A stretch of DNA of 44,162 nucleotides from a virus (IMGVR_UViG_3300019875_000003:1-44162), one strand, 5' to 3'. Positions 1 to 7,444 are shown, counted from the first letter of the stretch. Translations and numbers: made by a program. The notes: generated by a model not told the origin, from the letters alone.

Positions 1-9
1 ATAAAAGAT

Positions 10-35
10 GGGGGGTATCTAAAGAGACACCCTCC
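10..35 (-). terminator. Intrinsic terminator after the last gene
   Basis: Minus strand GGAGGGTGTCT-CTTT-AGATACCCCCC hairpin (one mismatch, one G.U) followed by ATCTTTTAT, just after the stop of 39..287. Confidence 0.6.
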
Positions 36-38
36 CCC

Positions 39-287
39 CTATCCTAAAATAATATCCTCAGTCACTAGCCTATGAAGACCAGAAGCATTCAAGTCAACGA
101 TCTCTTGCATCGCATCTTCAATTGCTTTATCTTGATCAGCATCAGATAGATGATGTGACGTTTTCACAATTCTTGCAAGTAATCCAGTTGTATGATGGCC
201 AGATGTTTCATCATACGTGTACCACTGATTCCATTGTGTAAAGGGATCATATGGATTGTCATCAGTTGTTAGCATATGTACAGCCAT
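39..287 (-). CDS. Conserved phage hypothetical protein
   Basis: 82 aa, AAGGAGGA RBS, MLTTxDNPYDPFTQ start; directly downstream of the RNAP-like gene. Confidence 0.8.
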   Translation of the reverse strand: MAVHMLTTDDNPYDPFTQWNQWYTYDETSGHHTTGLLARIVKTSHHLSDADQDKAIEDAMQEIVDLNASGLHRLVTEDIILG

Positions 288-297
288 TAGATCCTCC

Positions 298-2982
298 TTA
301 CTTAAGACTATCTTTCAATGTTGTTAGTGATACACCTAAAGCATCAGCTACTTCAGCTTGAGTTAATCCTCTTGCTAGCATGGCTTGAGCACGGGCTGTC
401 TTTGAATCCGTCATCAAAAGCTTGCTTTTTGGTGTAGCTAACGCCTTAACACGTTCGGTATCAGAATTATCTAGAATCTTGGTTAGCTTTTCATTACTAA
501 TAGCACCGGCTTGAATAGCTTGCCATTCAGAGTCGGAGATTTCAATACGGATCTTTCCTGCACCAGTTCGGGCTCTAGCATCATTCAATGCTTTTGCCTT
601 AATTTTTACAAAATCCTCGGGTTCCATATCGGGATTTGCCTGACGTTTCTGGGACACAATAGCAAATCCAATAACCTGGGCGTGTCTTTCTAGAGGGGCG
701 TTCCTTAAAGCGACATTCAACTTAGCATCAAGAGATGCCACTTGTTTTGCATAGGCGGCTTTTGCAGAAGGTGAGTAGGGGGTAGACTTAGTTGCTAATA
801 GTTCACGACGTGCCTTATTGGCAAGAGCTTTCATTTGATTAGAATGCTCTGCATAGATGGCTTCTATCTTAGTGCCGCCATTAGCAGACACTAAACTACG
901 TGCGTCGTCTACTTCTGCCAGCTTCTTAGAACGCTCAGTCCTAAAAACTATGTTACCCTTAGTGTTCTTCCAACTCTCACCAGTAGGCTCGAATATCTTC
1001 TTACCCGTAGCAGGATCAATAGCACCACCTTTTGATGCAGAGCGAGGTCTCCTTGCCAAGACATCCTTACGAGAGCCTGCTCTTGAGATCAGTGTAGATG
1101 CACCAGCATCGGCTTTGCCTTGGTACTTGATCTTAAGCTGTGAGATACCATTGGCTTCATCAGACGCTTTCCAATCAAGACCGTGTTTCTCAGCGTCAAT
1201 AACTACCATCGAATGACGAACCGCTCTTGCTAGCTCAGTATGAGGTGCACCTTGAATTGTCATATCCGTAATTAGATTTGAGATGTCACCCATTTCAAAT
1301 CCTTTAGTACGAGCAGACATAACCTTCATACCCGGATGACCAGGGAAAGATGCTAAAGGATCAAAGTTCTTCAAGCCTTCCAATGCGGGCGCAGTCTTGA
1401 TATGGCGTTTGTCATTAGGAATTACTAGAACTGTATCACCATCGAAATCCGCACCAGACAAACGTTGCGCGACCTTATGATTAATTCCAATAGCATCAGG
1501 TGCGTCACTACCCAAAAGCTTCTTTGCTTCTGGATGACGATTATTAACTGTTAGTTCTGGAATCTCAAAGATACCACCGTGAGGATGACGAATTAAAACT
1601 ACTTTTTCACCATTACGATAGGCGGGGGCATAAACTTCAGTTTCTTTCATTGTGTTTACAGGTAGAATTACATAATTAGCCTGTCGGTCAAGATTAGCAG
1701 CTTTAAGATGTACAGAAGCAGCATCTGCCGAATCAGCAAATTCTTTTAAAAGTTTTCGTCTTACAGCAGGATTGGTAAGATTTGTGATCTCATCAAGTTC
1801 TTTTTGTTTATTGATTTGAACTTGACTTAATTGTCTTTGCGCTAGTGAAGGGCGTTGTTTTGACAACACTTGAGACGAAAGACTACGAGACCAAGTTTCC
1901 CAGTTTCCTTCTTCATTAACTATATTCATTGCTGAAGAAACTGTTTTACTACCATCAGAGTTAGTCTTTGTGATCTGTCTACGTAGAACAGATCCAAAAG
2001 GAAGATCGGAATCAATTTGTCCAGTCTCTTTGTCAGTCTTAAGAGGCTTTAGCGCATCAAGTTTATTACCAGTACTAGATTTATTTGTATTAAAGACAAC
2101 ATCTACTCCATTAGGCAGACCTTCTTTATACATAGCCATGCCCTTGATGTAATGCGTCCCATCAACTGCAATACGAACCTGTGCGTAACGTGAGCCGCCC
2201 AAAGATACATCTTCAACACCAGGTCGAACAAATATTACACCATCGGAATCTGCCCCACCATCTTCGGCATATCTAATTCCGACACGCTTAGAGCTTAATG
2301 ATAATGGTGGTTGAAGCACCGTATAAGAACGACCACCATCGTCTGAATAATTGGCAATAGAAGCAATCTTATCTCTATTACTAGCAATATCACGATATGT
2401 CGTACCTGGAGGCGCAAGTACTTTGATTGTGGTCTTTGTATTTGTGCCCAGTTGATCAATCTGGACAGAATGAAGTTGATAACCTTCTTCTTTTAGTCTG
2501 GCTATAGCAACATCTAATTTGCTACGGCTAACTCCTAGGTGTCTTTCAACCCCAATACCAACATCAATAAAACCACGATTATCAACTTCAGTTTTAAGCA
2601 TATTAGATGTAGCAGCAAGATTGTCCGCCTTATCTCTCGCTCCTGGCGTAAGAAGAGCACGGACAGAAGATTCGTTAATACCCATCCTTTGCCCAATAGC
2701 AATATTAGACATGCCTTTGTCTTTAAGACGTTGAGCCATACCAATGTCTGCTTGCTTAGCAGAGTTTCGTGCAATCGAATTTGCGGCACGAAGTTCAGTA
2801 GTAGTCATAGAAAAGCCTTCGGCAATTTGTCTTTCGGTAAGACCTTTGCCACGAAGTTCACGAACTAGATCTAGAAAGCTACGACTACGTTGCGCGACAT
2901 TACCACCACTACCCCATGGATAGCGACCAGAACGCCGAAGTATACCATAATGAGCTAGATAATCAGTTTCTTGTATGATCAT
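298..2982 (-). CDS. Putative single-subunit double-psi beta-barrel RNA polymerase (YonO/RdRP-like) with HTH domains
   Basis: LSGADFDGDTVLV (DFDGD at 1435-1449); YAQVRIAVDGTHYIKG; VVLIRHP; MGDISN; HSMVVIDAEKHG; HTH-like segments near both termini. Confidence 0.75.
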   Translation of the reverse strand: MIIQETDYLAHYGILRRSGRYPWGSGGNVAQRSRSFLDLVRELRGKGLTERQIAEGFSMTTTELRAANSIARNSAKQADIGMAQRLKDKGMSNIAIGQRMGINESSVRALLTPGARDKADNLAATSNMLKTEVDNRGFIDVGIGVERHLGVSRSKLDVAIARLKEEGYQLHSVQIDQLGTNTKTTIKVLAPPGTTYRDIASNRDKIASIANYSDDGGRSYTVLQPPLSLSSKRVGIRYAEDGGADSDGVIFVRPGVEDVSLGGSRYAQVRIAVDGTHYIKGMAMYKEGLPNGVDVVFNTNKSSTGNKLDALKPLKTDKETGQIDSDLPFGSVLRRQITKTNSDGSKTVSSAMNIVNEEGNWETWSRSLSSQVLSKQRPSLAQRQLSQVQINKQKELDEITNLTNPAVRRKLLKEFADSADAASVHLKAANLDRQANYVILPVNTMKETEVYAPAYRNGEKVVLIRHPHGGIFEIPELTVNNRHPEAKKLLGSDAPDAIGINHKVAQRLSGADFDGDTVLVIPNDKRHIKTAPALEGLKNFDPLASFPGHPGMKVMSARTKGFEMGDISNLITDMTIQGAPHTELARAVRHSMVVIDAEKHGLDWKASDEANGISQLKIKYQGKADAGASTLISRAGSRKDVLARRPRSASKGGAIDPATGKKIFEPTGESWKNTKGNIVFRTERSKKLAEVDDARSLVSANGGTKIEAIYAEHSNQMKALANKARRELLATKSTPYSPSAKAAYAKQVASLDAKLNVALRNAPLERHAQVIGFAIVSQKRQANPDMEPEDFVKIKAKALNDARARTGAGKIRIEISDSEWQAIQAGAISNEKLTKILDNSDTERVKALATPKSKLLMTDSKTARAQAMLARGLTQAEVADALGVSLTTLKDSLK

Positions 2983-3539
2983 GCTGCAGCCTCCCTTCTG
3001 ATCTCCATGATTCTTTTATCAAAAGTAATAATCTTGTCCATAATGTGAGTTATGACGTCGGGGTCTCCGTCATAAATGCGAACTTCATTACTTTGATAGA
3101 TACGTAGTTCTATTGAAATCTCTGTGGGTTTCATTCTATATTCAAGACAGAAGAATGCAGCATAAACCTCAAGCTGATGTACGGAAGCTTCGATAACCCC
3201 AGTTTTAAGATCATGAATTCTAAGCTTACCGTGCCGAAACCCAATACAATCAGCAGTGCCATAAGCATTAACCGAATAGAATAAAGTCTGTTCAGGCGTC
3301 ATACGATAGCCTATAGCATCGTTTACGTAAAGATTAAGAGTCTTCTTGGAAGTAGGCAACCTTACTCCCAAACGAATCGCCTCATGGGCAAAGACATGTA
3401 ATTCAGTTCCACGCTTTGCCGCCATCGAAGCCAAGAATGTTCTATCTAATTTCTCTGGATCGTAATTTATCCAATGATAGTTACTCGCACTAAGAAACGC
3501 GTGAGTCCCTAATAGATTGGAATGCTTGTTGAAGTTCAT
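2979..3539 (-). CDS. PD-(D/E)xK exonuclease (Cas4/RecB-like)
   Basis: RGTELH, YGTAD, IHDLKTG, QLEVYA motifs; ATGA overlap with the RNAP-like gene. Confidence 0.75.
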   Translation of the reverse strand: MNFNKHSNLLGTHAFLSASNYHWINYDPEKLDRTFLASMAAKRGTELHVFAHEAIRLGVRLPTSKKTLNLYVNDAIGYRMTPEQTLFYSVNAYGTADCIGFRHGKLRIHDLKTGVIEASVHQLEVYAAFFCLEYRMKPTEISIELRIYQSNEVRIYDGDPDVITHIMDKIITFDKRIMEIRREAAA

Positions 3540-3801
3540 AAAGGACCTCAGCTTCGTTCTCAGGACAGATGAACGCCGCGAAGGACATATCGTTCAATAG
3601 ATCTACATAATAAGGCTGATTAGGCTGAACGATAGACTTCGTGTTGGCTTTGTCTTCAAGCATAGCCCAGCAAGTACCCCATAAAATTGTAAGATCAGGA
3701 ATACCTTGGATATAGCTCGAATCGTTCTTTAAAATCACACAGCCCGGAAACATAATACGAAGTTTCTTAATAAGACGGGCTTGATATACTCTCTCTAACA
3801 T
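3490..3801 (-). CDS. VRR-NUC domain nuclease (Holliday junction resolvase-like)
   Basis: E..Q near the N-terminus, GIPDL...LEDK, PNQ; 103 aa; GGAGA RBS. Confidence 0.75.
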   Translation of the reverse strand: MLERVYQARLIKKLRIMFPGCVILKNDSSYIQGIPDLTILWGTCWAMLEDKANTKSIVQPNQPYYVDLLNDMSFAAFICPENEAEVLYELQQAFQSIRDSRVS

Positions 3802-3859
3802 GATATCTCCATGCTTAAATTGAGAGGGCGTGTAAAAAAGGCTTTATTCTGTCCCTTCT

Positions 3860-3884
3860 ATTATAGTCTGCGATTATTCCGCGT
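3860..3884 (-). promoter_or_regulatory. Phage promoter-motif copy upstream of the nuclease-RNAP operon
   Basis: ACGCG-N14-TATAAT, a variant of the TCGCR-N14-TAnnnT repeat. Confidence 0.6.
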
Positions 3885-4391
3885 GTTGTTATATGGTATT
3901 TCAAAATGATGGCCAATAGGCCAAACGCCATTACTAACTTGATTAGTCATATCTATCAAAATATCTGCAACAAGAATTCCGTAAGCCTTAGCAGCCTCAA
4001 GTAAGCTATAAAAAAGTTCTCCAGTATCTCGATTTAGAATTAAATAGTCTTCTACCCAATATCTTCTAAATTGTTGATGATACTTAACAGCAAACCAACG
4101 AGGCCTCCATAGTAAATTGTCAATACAATTGTTTGATCGATCTCCATCTAGATTAATGGGTGTTGTGAATGTTGCACGATGATGTGGAAGTTCTGGAAGT
4201 TCTAAGAAAGCCTCAGCCACTAATCGTGAGACCATTCGGTTATACTGAATATTTCCTCGCGAAAGACTGACGTATACACCACGCTCCGTGATGACTTGAG
4301 AAAGAATACGGCCACTTTTATTATTCCGAATTCCTCCAGCCCTACTTACGGAATAACCATAAAAATCCGGAATATCTTGCCAAACTTGCAA
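3861..4391 (-). CDS. NUMOD4/HNH homing-endonuclease-like protein, probably catalytically degenerate
   Basis: VWQDIPDFYGYSVSRAG (NUMOD4-like), VSRLVAEAF, PINLDGDRSNNCIDNL, C-terminal FYSLLEAAK; TTG start. Confidence 0.7.
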   Translation of the reverse strand: MQVWQDIPDFYGYSVSRAGGIRNNKSGRILSQVITERGVYVSLSRGNIQYNRMVSRLVAEAFLELPELPHHRATFTTPINLDGDRSNNCIDNLLWRPRWFAVKYHQQFRRYWVEDYLILNRDTGELFYSLLEAAKAYGILVADILIDMTNQVSNGVWPIGHHFEIPYNNTRNNRRL

Positions 4392-4400
4392 AGTGACTCC

Positions 4401-4522
4401 TCTGCCAAATCCAAGAATTTTTCGAAAAAACTTTTTAATTTAACACACTTGTTATGAGGATTCCCTATAACAACTAACTCCGTGTAGAAAGTTTTATATA
4501 GTTTTTTCTAGGATATGGCAGA
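4401..4522. repeat. Long imperfect AT-rich inverted repeat; candidate replication origin
   Basis: Nested arms TCTGCCA/TGGCAGA, ATCC/GGAT, AGAA/TTCT, AAAACTTT/AAAGTTTT, TTGTTAT/ATAACAA. Confidence 0.65.
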
Positions 4523-4607
4523 CAATATGTCCGTTTCGCCAGGGCCGCTGCGAAATGCCGGATTTTTAGGGTGTCTATTTTGTAACCTCATAACCCATAT
4601 CGACTAA

Positions 4608-4650
4608 TTCGTCACTCCTATGTCCAGTTTTGATACGTTTCGTCACTCCT
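4608..4650. repeat. 12-bp direct repeat TTCGTCACTCCT
   Basis: Exact copies at 4608-4619 and 4639-4650. Confidence 0.8.
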
Positions 4651-4659
4651 TTGACCTCA

Positions 4660-6183
4660 TTAGCTAGGTTTTGACCGCATATATCCTGATTCATTGAAGC
4701 TTTTTTTGTTTGAGAGACACTCTGCTATCGCTTTATCGATTACAGAATCGCTCATCAAGGTGTAATAATACAGGTCCGAATAGTCTGTATTCAACCGATC
4801 TATCCTACCATGCGCCTGATGCCATAGTTTGTACGAGTATGTCAGCGAATAGAAGATCATCGCGTTAGTACTCGTACAGTTCCATCCTTCCGCACCCGCT
4901 GAATACTGAACGAGATATAACCACGACTCAGTCTCAGGAATAGCCTCATGCTTGTGGCCGTTCCACTCCGCCACGGAGAATGATTTGAACATCTTCGGGT
5001 CGATAGTGCTGATCTCCGATTCTGAATGCGATGATGTCGTCGAAATTGATTTGCCGTCGTTCCATTCCGCTATCTGGAACTCGACGCCAAGTGTCATATG
5101 TGGTGTCTTGTTCGTAACGCAGTCCAAGGAGTTTTTCTTTTGGCATGATTGAGTCACAGCTGGTACAATATACGAATGCTTCGTTAGTATTTCCATTGAA
5201 TCCAGTGGCGATGATGTTGTGTTGACACCCAATTGTATTTGACATTCTTTATCAATTCTTTTCGAGTTTGAAGGATGAATTACGATATTGTTCAATGTCT
5301 GGATTGGATTCTCCAAGGAGTTCAACAGGGACGTCAAGCCCCTTAGCAAGTTCAGCTCGTAGTCGAAGTTGTAGAAGACAATCAGTCGAGGATGGACCGA
5401 GAGGAGTTCCAAGACGGCCTTCAATCGAGAAGAATCGGAGTTCACAACCTTCCTCATCACAAGAAACAATTCCGCTATATTCTTCAGAGGTCGATACTCG
5501 TAAACATGCCACTTTCGCTTCACCACCTTATTAAATAGTTCTTTATCAAATTCTACTGGAATGTTGGTAGAGTGCCGAACCGTATGTCTGAGGTAGGGCA
5601 TCTCTACCAACAACGAATTCCGGTGCCTTACAAGCGATCCTAGGCCGGTATAACGCTCTACCTTGGGGAACTTACTATATGACTTATATACTACGTGTTC
5701 TCGTTTAAACTCGGTACGAGTCTTATAGAATCCGTTGGCGATGAAGACTGGTATGTAATCAAGCCAATTGTCGCCGGGTGTGGCGGTAAGTAAGATCCAT
5801 CGATTAGCCTTAGCGATTTCAACGAAAGAAGCAACCCACGTGCCTGATCCGACAAGTCGCTGCTCATCAAAGATAAAGAAGGCTTCCTTGACTTTCCTAT
5901 ATTTTCCAATATTGTTCCAGGAGTCGACTGTGAGAACGCCTTTCGTGGTAGTCCCAAGGGATTTCCCGGTACCATACTTAGCGAACTCACCCTCCCACTC
6001 GACTGAATCGCGTTTTTTCGCTGTTGTGATGACGTAAACGTCTTTTGGGCTTTCTTTTTCCGCGTAGTACGCCGCCGCGACGAGAGACTTACCGGTGCCG
6101 ACGCCCCCCCAAAGAATTTTTCCGTTGTCGAGGCGTTGGAGGGCGTCTTGTTGATGGGGATAGAGTAAGGTCGGGTGAGACAT
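4660..6183 (-). CDS. SF2 (SNF2/DEAD-like) DNA helicase with an internal insertion
   Basis: LYPHQ, GGVGTGKS (Walker A), IFDEQ, LLTATP, AGAEGWN, QAHGRIDR; start refined to the ATG at 6183 with AAGAGG RBS. Confidence 0.85.
   Translation of the reverse strand: MSHPTLLYPHQQDALQRLDNGKILWGGVGTGKSLVAAAYYAEKESPKDVYVITTAKKRDSVEWEGEFAKYGTGKSLGTTTKGVLTVDSWNNIGKYRKVKEAFFIFDEQRLVGSGTWVASFVEIAKANRWILLTATPGDNWLDYIPVFIANGFYKTRTEFKREHVVYKSYSKFPKVERYTGLGSLVRHRNSLLVEMPYLRHTVRHSTNIPVEFDKELFNKVVKRKWHVYEYRPLKNIAELFLVMRKVVNSDSSRLKAVLELLSVHPRLIVFYNFDYELNLLRGLTSLLNSLENPIQTLNNIVIHPSNSKRIDKECQIQLGVNTTSSPLDSMEILTKHSYIVPAVTQSCQKKNSLDCVTNKTPHMTLGVEFQIAEWNDGKSISTTSSHSESEISTIDPKMFKSFSVAEWNGHKHEAIPETESWLYLVQYSAGAEGWNCTSTNAMIFYSLTYSYKLWHQAHGRIDRLNTDYSDLYYYTLMSDSVIDKAIAECLSNKKSFNESGYMRSKPS
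4946..5245 (-). CDS. Possible nested alternative-frame protein (zinc-ribbon-like) inside the helicase insertion
   Basis: 99-aa ORF with CxH...CxxC that almost exactly covers the helicase's non-conserved-looking insert; weak RBS. Confidence 0.4.
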   Translation of the reverse strand: MSNTIGCQHNIIATGFNGNTNEAFVYCTSCDSIMPKEKLLGLRYEQDTTYDTWRRVPDSGMERRQINFDDIIAFRIGDQHYRPEDVQIILRGGVERPQA

Positions 6184-6344
6184 ATAACCTCTTTTTGTTG
6201 AATCGTGATCGTATGACATGTCTCACTCCGCGTGCCACCTCCAGGTATGTCAGTTTGCATTTCCAATGAACCATGTCGGGTCTCGAAGGTGGTGTCATTT
6301 CTGTCAACGTATTCCCAAAGTAGTTGATCGTATATAGGTGTCAT
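5691..6344 (-). CDS. Hypothetical protein (MTPIYDQLL...) overlapping the helicase 5' end
   Basis: ATGA overlap with the stop of 6341..6484 and a GAGGAG upstream; the 3' extent overlaps the helicase and is uncertain. Confidence 0.4.
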   Translation of the reverse strand: MTPIYDQLLWEYVDRNDTTFETRHGSLEMQTDIPGGGTRSETCHTITIQQKEVICLTRPYSIPINKTPSNASTTEKFFGGASAPVSLSSRRRTTRKKKAQKTFTSSQQRKNAIQSSGRVSSLSMVPGNPLGLPRKAFSQSTPGTILENIGKSRKPSLSLMSSDLSDQARGLLLSLKSLRLIDGSYLPPHPATIGLITYQSSSPTDSIRLVPSLNENT

Positions 6345-6484
6345 TTCCACTCCTCAGTCCAAGGCCATTCGGCCTCTGATTCGAAACGAGCACATGGATA
6401 AGGAAAATCATCACAATGCATTCCGAAAGTTTTAGGACAGATTCGAGTATCTAAAACTCTACAAAGAAACTCACTTTCTTCCAT
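6341..6484 (-). CDS. Small Cys-rich hypothetical protein (47 aa)
   Basis: Manual translation MEESEFLCRVLDTRICPKTFGMHCDDFPYPCARFESEAEWPWTEEWK; GAGG upstream. Confidence 0.55.
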   Translation of the reverse strand: MEESEFLCRVLDTRICPKTFGMHCDDFPYPCARFESEAEWPWTEEWK

Positions 6485-6506
6485 ATTTTTTATACATCCT
6501 CGATAA

Positions 6507-6617
6507 TTAATTATGGGCTCCGATTTTCTTGAATAGAACTACAACACATGCTCCACCAATTGCACCCATGATTGCGAAACCAAGAACCTGAGCAACTTGC
6601 AATGTGATATTAAACAT
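6507..6617 (-). CDS. Small membrane protein (36 aa)
   Basis: MFNITLQVAQVLGFAIMGAIGGACVVVLFKKIGAHN; AAGGGAG RBS. Confidence 0.65.
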   Translation of the reverse strand: MFNITLQVAQVLGFAIMGAIGGACVVVLFKKIGAHN

Positions 6618-6646
6618 TTTATGTCTCCCTTTCATTCAAGATAAAC

Positions 6647-6669
6647 CAGAGACCTTGTTAGGGTCTCTG
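6647..6669 (-). terminator. Conserved-loop hairpin terminator
   Basis: CAGAGACC-CTAACAA-GGTCTCTG followed by GTTTATCTT. Confidence 0.75.
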
Positions 6670-6675
6670 ATGAGT

Positions 6676-6858
6676 CTATACGGAAGTCTGCGCCATCTTT
6701 CTGAGTAGATGATCATAACAGCTCATTTCAAAGGTAACGCACATTTCTTCAGTCTGGGCAAGGAAGGTTTCAACATCCAAGCCAGACCTAATAAGTCTGT
6801 CCGTTTGCTTATTGTTCAAACTGTCAACAATCTTATGAATCTCAAGTTCTGTTAGCAT
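6676..6858 (-). CDS. Hypothetical protein (cassette gene)
   Basis: 60 aa; TAAGGAG RBS; flanked by a promoter motif and a hairpin. Confidence 0.75.
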   Translation of the reverse strand: MLTELEIHKIVDSLNNKQTDRLIRSGLDVETFLAQTEEMCVTFEMSCYDHLLRKMAQTSV

Positions 6859-6880
6859 ACTTTCTCCTTAATAGGGTCTC

Positions 6881-6905
6881 ATAATAGCGTATGTAACTTT
6901 TGCGA
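6881..6905 (-). promoter_or_regulatory. Phage promoter motif
   Basis: TCGCA-AAAGTTACATACGC-TATTAT, then GAGACCC. Confidence 0.8.
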
Positions 6906-6961
6906 CAATCAAAGAGCTTGTGAGCTCCGCTTGATAAAGTGTATTGAGCATACAGCTCCTC

Positions 6962-6986
6962 ATAATACTATATGTAACGGCTGCGA
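6962..6986 (-). promoter_or_regulatory. Phage promoter motif
   Basis: TCGCA-GCCGTTACATATAG-TATTAT, then GAG. Confidence 0.75.
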
Positions 6987-6997
6987 GTAAAACAAGA

Positions 6998-7013
6998 TGC
7001 CCTGTTACAGGCA
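6998..7013 (-). terminator. Conserved-loop-type hairpin
   Basis: TGCCTGTAACAGGGCA followed by TCTTGTTTT, after the stop of 7029..7256. Confidence 0.55.
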
Positions 7014-7028
7014 GAGCTTGTTTGAGAA

Positions 7029-7256
7029 TTACCGGTCGGTGAAATGGGCAGGCTCCACTGTGTTCTGGAAGTTCTGCAGTACGCTCTCGCGGCCTTCGAA
7101 CCATCCTTGAATGCGTCCACGGCCAGCAGCTTCAAGTACTTCGGAGGCGTGCTCCTTAGCGTCTTTAACTTTCTGGGCCTTGTGTACAGTCAAGGTGATA
7201 ACGGTGGCTGCAATAGCGCCAATCGCAGCACTTACAACTACAGTGTTTGTGTCCAT
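7029..7256 (-). CDS. Membrane-anchored hypothetical protein (cassette gene)
   Basis: Start refined to MDTNTVVV with GAAAGGAAG RBS; N-terminal TM segment. Confidence 0.7.
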   Translation of the reverse strand: MDTNTVVVSAAIGAIAATVITLTVHKAQKVKDAKEHASEVLEAAGRGRIQGWFEGRESVLQNFQNTVEPAHFTDR

Positions 7257-7284
7257 GATTCTTCCTTTCGGTAGATTAGGTCTC

Positions 7285-7309
7285 ATAATAGGCGATGTAT
7301 TCCTTGCGA
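7285..7309 (-). promoter_or_regulatory. Phage promoter motif
   Basis: TCGCA-AGGAATACATCGCC-TATTAT, then GAGACC. Confidence 0.8.
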
Positions 7310-7311
7310 GG

Positions 7312-7398
7312 CTATATAATAAACCACGTTAAAATACCTATTATAGTCAAAACAGCAATAAGTGTAACTATCATTTTGAGAAAAGTTTTTTCATTCAT
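7312..7398 (-). CDS. Small membrane peptide (28 aa)
   Basis: MNEKTFLKMIVTLIAVLTIIGILTWFII; AAGGA RBS. Confidence 0.55.
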   Translation of the reverse strand: MNEKTFLKMIVTLIAVLTIIGILTWFII

Positions 7399-7444
7399 TT
7401 CGTTTTCCTTAATAAAATTGAGAATGTTTGCATATATTGCGAAA

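Noticed and set aside
2979-3539. Cas4-like nuclease as evidence of a CRISPR-Cas system
   Set aside because: No other cas genes and no array; stand-alone PD-(D/E)xK exonucleases are common in phages
4975-5335. Helicase insertion as an intein
   Set aside because: No C-terminal HN/HQ followed by C/S/T and no recognisable splicing blocks
6868-7104. 78-aa ORF from the track
   Set aside because: It overlaps the better-supported 7029..7256 gene and runs across two promoters and two hairpins; only its last 27 codons have an RBS
7418-7442. TGCGA at 7438-7442 as another promoter copy
   Set aside because: No -10-like hexamer at the 14-nt spacing
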